NCBI GenBank assembly: GCA_049423385.1
Contig: JBMSQQ010000075.1
Span: forward strand, 1-16,540
DNA from: Silvanigrellaceae bacterium
GTDB lineage: Bacteria > Bdellovibrionota_B > Oligoflexia > Silvanigrellales > Silvanigrellaceae
Direction of reading: 5' to 3'
DNA length: 16,540 bases
Position 1 is the first letter of the stretch. Each line of letters opens with the position of its first letter. The notes under the pieces were generated by a model. That model ran no database searches. It was given only the letters and a program-made list of their open reading frames with translations, and was not told the DNA's origin. The translations under genes were made by a program, and so were the position numbers. Below are positions 14,392 to 16,540 of this stretch, in pieces.

Positions 14392-15309
14392 ATGGCATCG
14401 TTCATGCAAAAACGCGATCACCGCACAGCTTGGCGCTTTCTGGCGCCATCCTTGCTGCTGTACGGTGCCTATGTGGTTTTTCCGATATTCTTTTCACTAT
14501 ATCTGAGCGTGACCCAGTGGGACGGACTCACTCCGGAAGTGCTTCCAATGTGCTACGGTTCGGGGGAGAGCTGTTTTCAAAACTTTATTGATTTGTGGAA
14601 TGATGAAGTCTTTTGGACTTCGCTTCGGAACAATTTTTACTGGCTTGTGTTCTTCAGCCTTTCCGCACCGATTGGTCTTGCCCTGGCCTTGCTTTTTCAC
14701 GTCAAGTCTCGCTTCTCCAGTCTGTACAAGTCGATGTTTTTCATGCCCATGGTGTTCAGCCTTGTGGTCGTCGGCACAATCTGGAGTTGGTTTCTGCAGC
14801 CCAATTTCGGATTGATGGAATATCTTCTGACAACTGTGGGCGTTCTCAAGGAAGGTGAACACTTCACAATGATGTCGAGTGACAAGTGGGCCACCGCCGG
14901 ATTGATAGTTGCTGCCTGCTGGCCACATGCTGCCTATTGCATGGTTCTGTATTTGGCAGGTCTCAGCAATCTGCAGAAGAACGTTGTCGAGGCTGCAGAA
15001 ATTGAAGGTGTCACTCGTTGGCAAATGCTCTGGCACATCGTGTTGCCCATGTTGCGGCCAGCAACGGTAATCGTTGTCATTGTGACCATGATCGGCGCTT
15101 TGCGATCGTTCGACCTCGTGTCGATCATGACTGACGGTGGACCGGCCAACAGTTCCAATGTGCTTGCCCTGTATATGTACCAGCAAACGTTTTTAAGCTT
15201 CCGTTATGGCTACGGCGCTGCAATCTCGGTGGTACTTTTCGCCATCAGCCTGCTGCTGATACTCCTGTACTTGCGCCAGACTCTTAAAGACGAACAAGGA
15301 AGGAGCTGA
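14392..15309 (+). CDS. Carbohydrate ABC transporter permease (MalF/UgpA type)
   Basis: 'FLAPSLLL', 'FFMPMV.S.VV', EAA loop 'LAGL…EAAEIEG…HIVLPML', 'FDLV.IMT.GGP' and 'GYGAAI'. Confidence 0.95.
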   Translation: MASFMQKRDHRTAWRFLAPSLLLYGAYVVFPIFFSLYLSVTQWDGLTPEVLPMCYGSGESCFQNFIDLWNDEVFWTSLRNNFYWLVFFSLSAPIGLALALLFHVKSRFSSLYKSMFFMPMVFSLVVVGTIWSWFLQPNFGLMEYLLTTVGVLKEGEHFTMMSSDKWATAGLIVAACWPHAAYCMVLYLAGLSNLQKNVVEAAEIEGVTRWQMLWHIVLPMLRPATVIVVIVTMIGALRSFDLVSIMTDGGPANSSNVLALYMYQQTFLSFRYGYGAAISVVLFAISLLLILLYLRQTLKDEQGRS

Positions 15310-15312
15310 GTC

Positions 15313-16140
15313 GTGGAACCCAAAAAGCGGGGCATCTTGTTTTGGTTTCTTGGAACCCTCCTCTTGCTGGTCTGGATTTCGCCGATTCTTGCCAGTTTGC
15401 TGACGAGCATCAAAACACTCGAGGAACTCAACGAAGGATACTATTGGACACTACCGAGAACATTCAGCTTTCAAAATTATATCGAAGCTTTCACGGTTGG
15501 TAAGTTTTCCAAATACTTTTGGAACTCGCTGGTGATCACGATTCCTACTGTTCTCGCCGTGCTCTTCTTCTCTTCGCTCAACGGCTACGTTTTGGCAAAG
15601 CTCCGCTTCAGCTGGAGCCACAAGCTCATGCTTTTGTTTCTGGCGGGAATGTTGCTCCCGTTCCAAATTCTGTTGATTCCCGTTTTTTATCTTTCCAGTC
15701 AATTCCTTCATACATACGACACACGCATGGGAGTGGTGCTTTTCCACACCGCTTTTCAACTCGGCTTCGCGTCCTTTTTCATGAGAAATTTTGTGCGCAC
15801 GATTCCCGACGGGATTATCGAAGCTGCCCGAATCGATGGCTGCAGTGAGTGGCGCATCTATTCACGGATGGTGATTCCACTGATGAAGCCTGCCCTGGCA
15901 GCACTGGCCACACTGCTTTTCACCTGGATTTGGAACGATTATCTTTGGTCGTTGATCTTGATTCAATCAGACGACCTCAAACCCATCACATCCGGACTTC
16001 AAAACCTCAAGGGCCAGTGGATTACCAGTTATCACCTGCAAAGCGCGGGAGCCGTGATCGCAGCAATCCCTCCGGTCCTGATGTTTGCTTTCTTGCAGAA
16101 ACATTTTATTCGCGGTCTCACCATGGGAGCAGGAAAATGA
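15313..16140 (+). CDS. Carbohydrate ABC transporter permease (MalG/UgpE type)
   Basis: GTG start with GGAG SD; 'F.NSL', 'GY.LAK', EAA loop 'IIEAARIDG…PL.KP', 'WNDYLW' and 'LQKHFIRGLTMGA.K'. Confidence 0.95.
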   Translation: MEPKKRGILFWFLGTLLLLVWISPILASLLTSIKTLEELNEGYYWTLPRTFSFQNYIEAFTVGKFSKYFWNSLVITIPTVLAVLFFSSLNGYVLAKLRFSWSHKLMLLFLAGMLLPFQILLIPVFYLSSQFLHTYDTRMGVVLFHTAFQLGFASFFMRNFVRTIPDGIIEAARIDGCSEWRIYSRMVIPLMKPALAALATLLFTWIWNDYLWSLILIQSDDLKPITSGLQNLKGQWITSYHLQSAGAVIAAIPPVLMFAFLQKHFIRGLTMGAGK

Positions 16141-16540
16141 CCCATCTCTTCCTAGAAGCCACCTTCGAAAACCAGCAGCACTTCAACCGGGCCGCGCGTT
16201 TCAGGCAACGCAGTCCAAATGAATTCGAGGCTCATCTTGAATTGCCCGGTCAACAGGGTCTGGCGACCTTCACGCTCAAGAAGGAAAATCTCGCTGCGAT
16301 TGGCTTGAGGGCTTACAACCAATACTCACTCCGCTTCCGGGTCATGGGAAATTCGGGGCCCTTCATTTGGCCATTCCGCTGGCTGCGTTTGTGTGGATTC
16401 AAATTGCACCAGACTTCGGAATCCGCCCTTGCAAACGGGTTCCAGTGCTGGTCCGAGTCGCCAATTCTTGGCAAGACACAAACGCTCATGCCCGAATCGT
16501 TTCCCGAACGCGAGGTTTTCGGTGATTCCGGAATCTACCG
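16137..16540 (+). CDS. 5' part of a probable glycoside hydrolase family 36 alpha-galactosidase (runs off the window; absent from the ORF track)
   Basis: ATG 16137 overlaps the permease stop (ATGA). The frame is open to the window end (MTHLFLEATFENQQHF…). It contains 'NGFQCWSES', resembling the NG(W/Y/F)QSWS motif of GH36 N-terminal regions, and lies in a sugar ABC context. Confidence 0.55.
   Translation, partial: MTHLFLEATFENQQHFNRAARFRQRSPNEFEAHLELPGQQGLATFTLKKENLAAIGLRAYNQYSLRFRVMGNSGPFIWPFRWLRLCGFKLHQTSESALANGFQCWSESPILGKTQTLMPESFPEREVFGDSGIY

Noticed and set aside
1..16540. CRISPR arrays, tRNA/rRNA, IS elements, prophage or defence genes
   Set aside because: By eye I saw no spaced repeats, RNA gene signatures, transposase/integrase motifs or defence domains. 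Intergenic gaps are all under about 260 bp.

Overview
A gene-dense bacterial chromosomal window of moderate GC content from a Gram-negative organism. The protein styles loosely suggest Bdellovibrionota/Oligoflexia or another former deltaproteobacterial lineage, but this is inference only. I saw no mobile element, CRISPR array, tRNA or rRNA. In order it holds: the 3' end of an upstream gene; an FKBP-type PPIase; a secreted papain-like Cys-His (NlpC/P60-superfamily) putative peptidoglycan hydrolase; and a translationally coupled operon of alpha/beta-hydrolase lipoprotein, sensor kinase, OmpR-family regulator and putative outer-membrane beta-barrel. That operon converges, at a bidirectional terminator, on a delta-9-type fatty acid desaturase. 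On the minus strand lie pgk-tpiA-[2Fe-2S] ferredoxin and a 530-aa Cys-rich lipoprotein of unknown function. A divergent plus-strand run holds manC, hemE, a sugar ABC transporter (binding protein plus two permeases) and a truncated probable GH36 alpha-galactosidase. Most of the window is housekeeping. The best leads are (i) a possible membrane-lipid homeostasis circuit, with a TGTAAA-N5-TGTAAA tandem repeat upstream of the desaturase next to the two-component operon, (ii) the unknown lipoprotein with a long inverted repeat upstream, and (iii) the orphan Cys-His amidase. None of these is proven from sequence alone.
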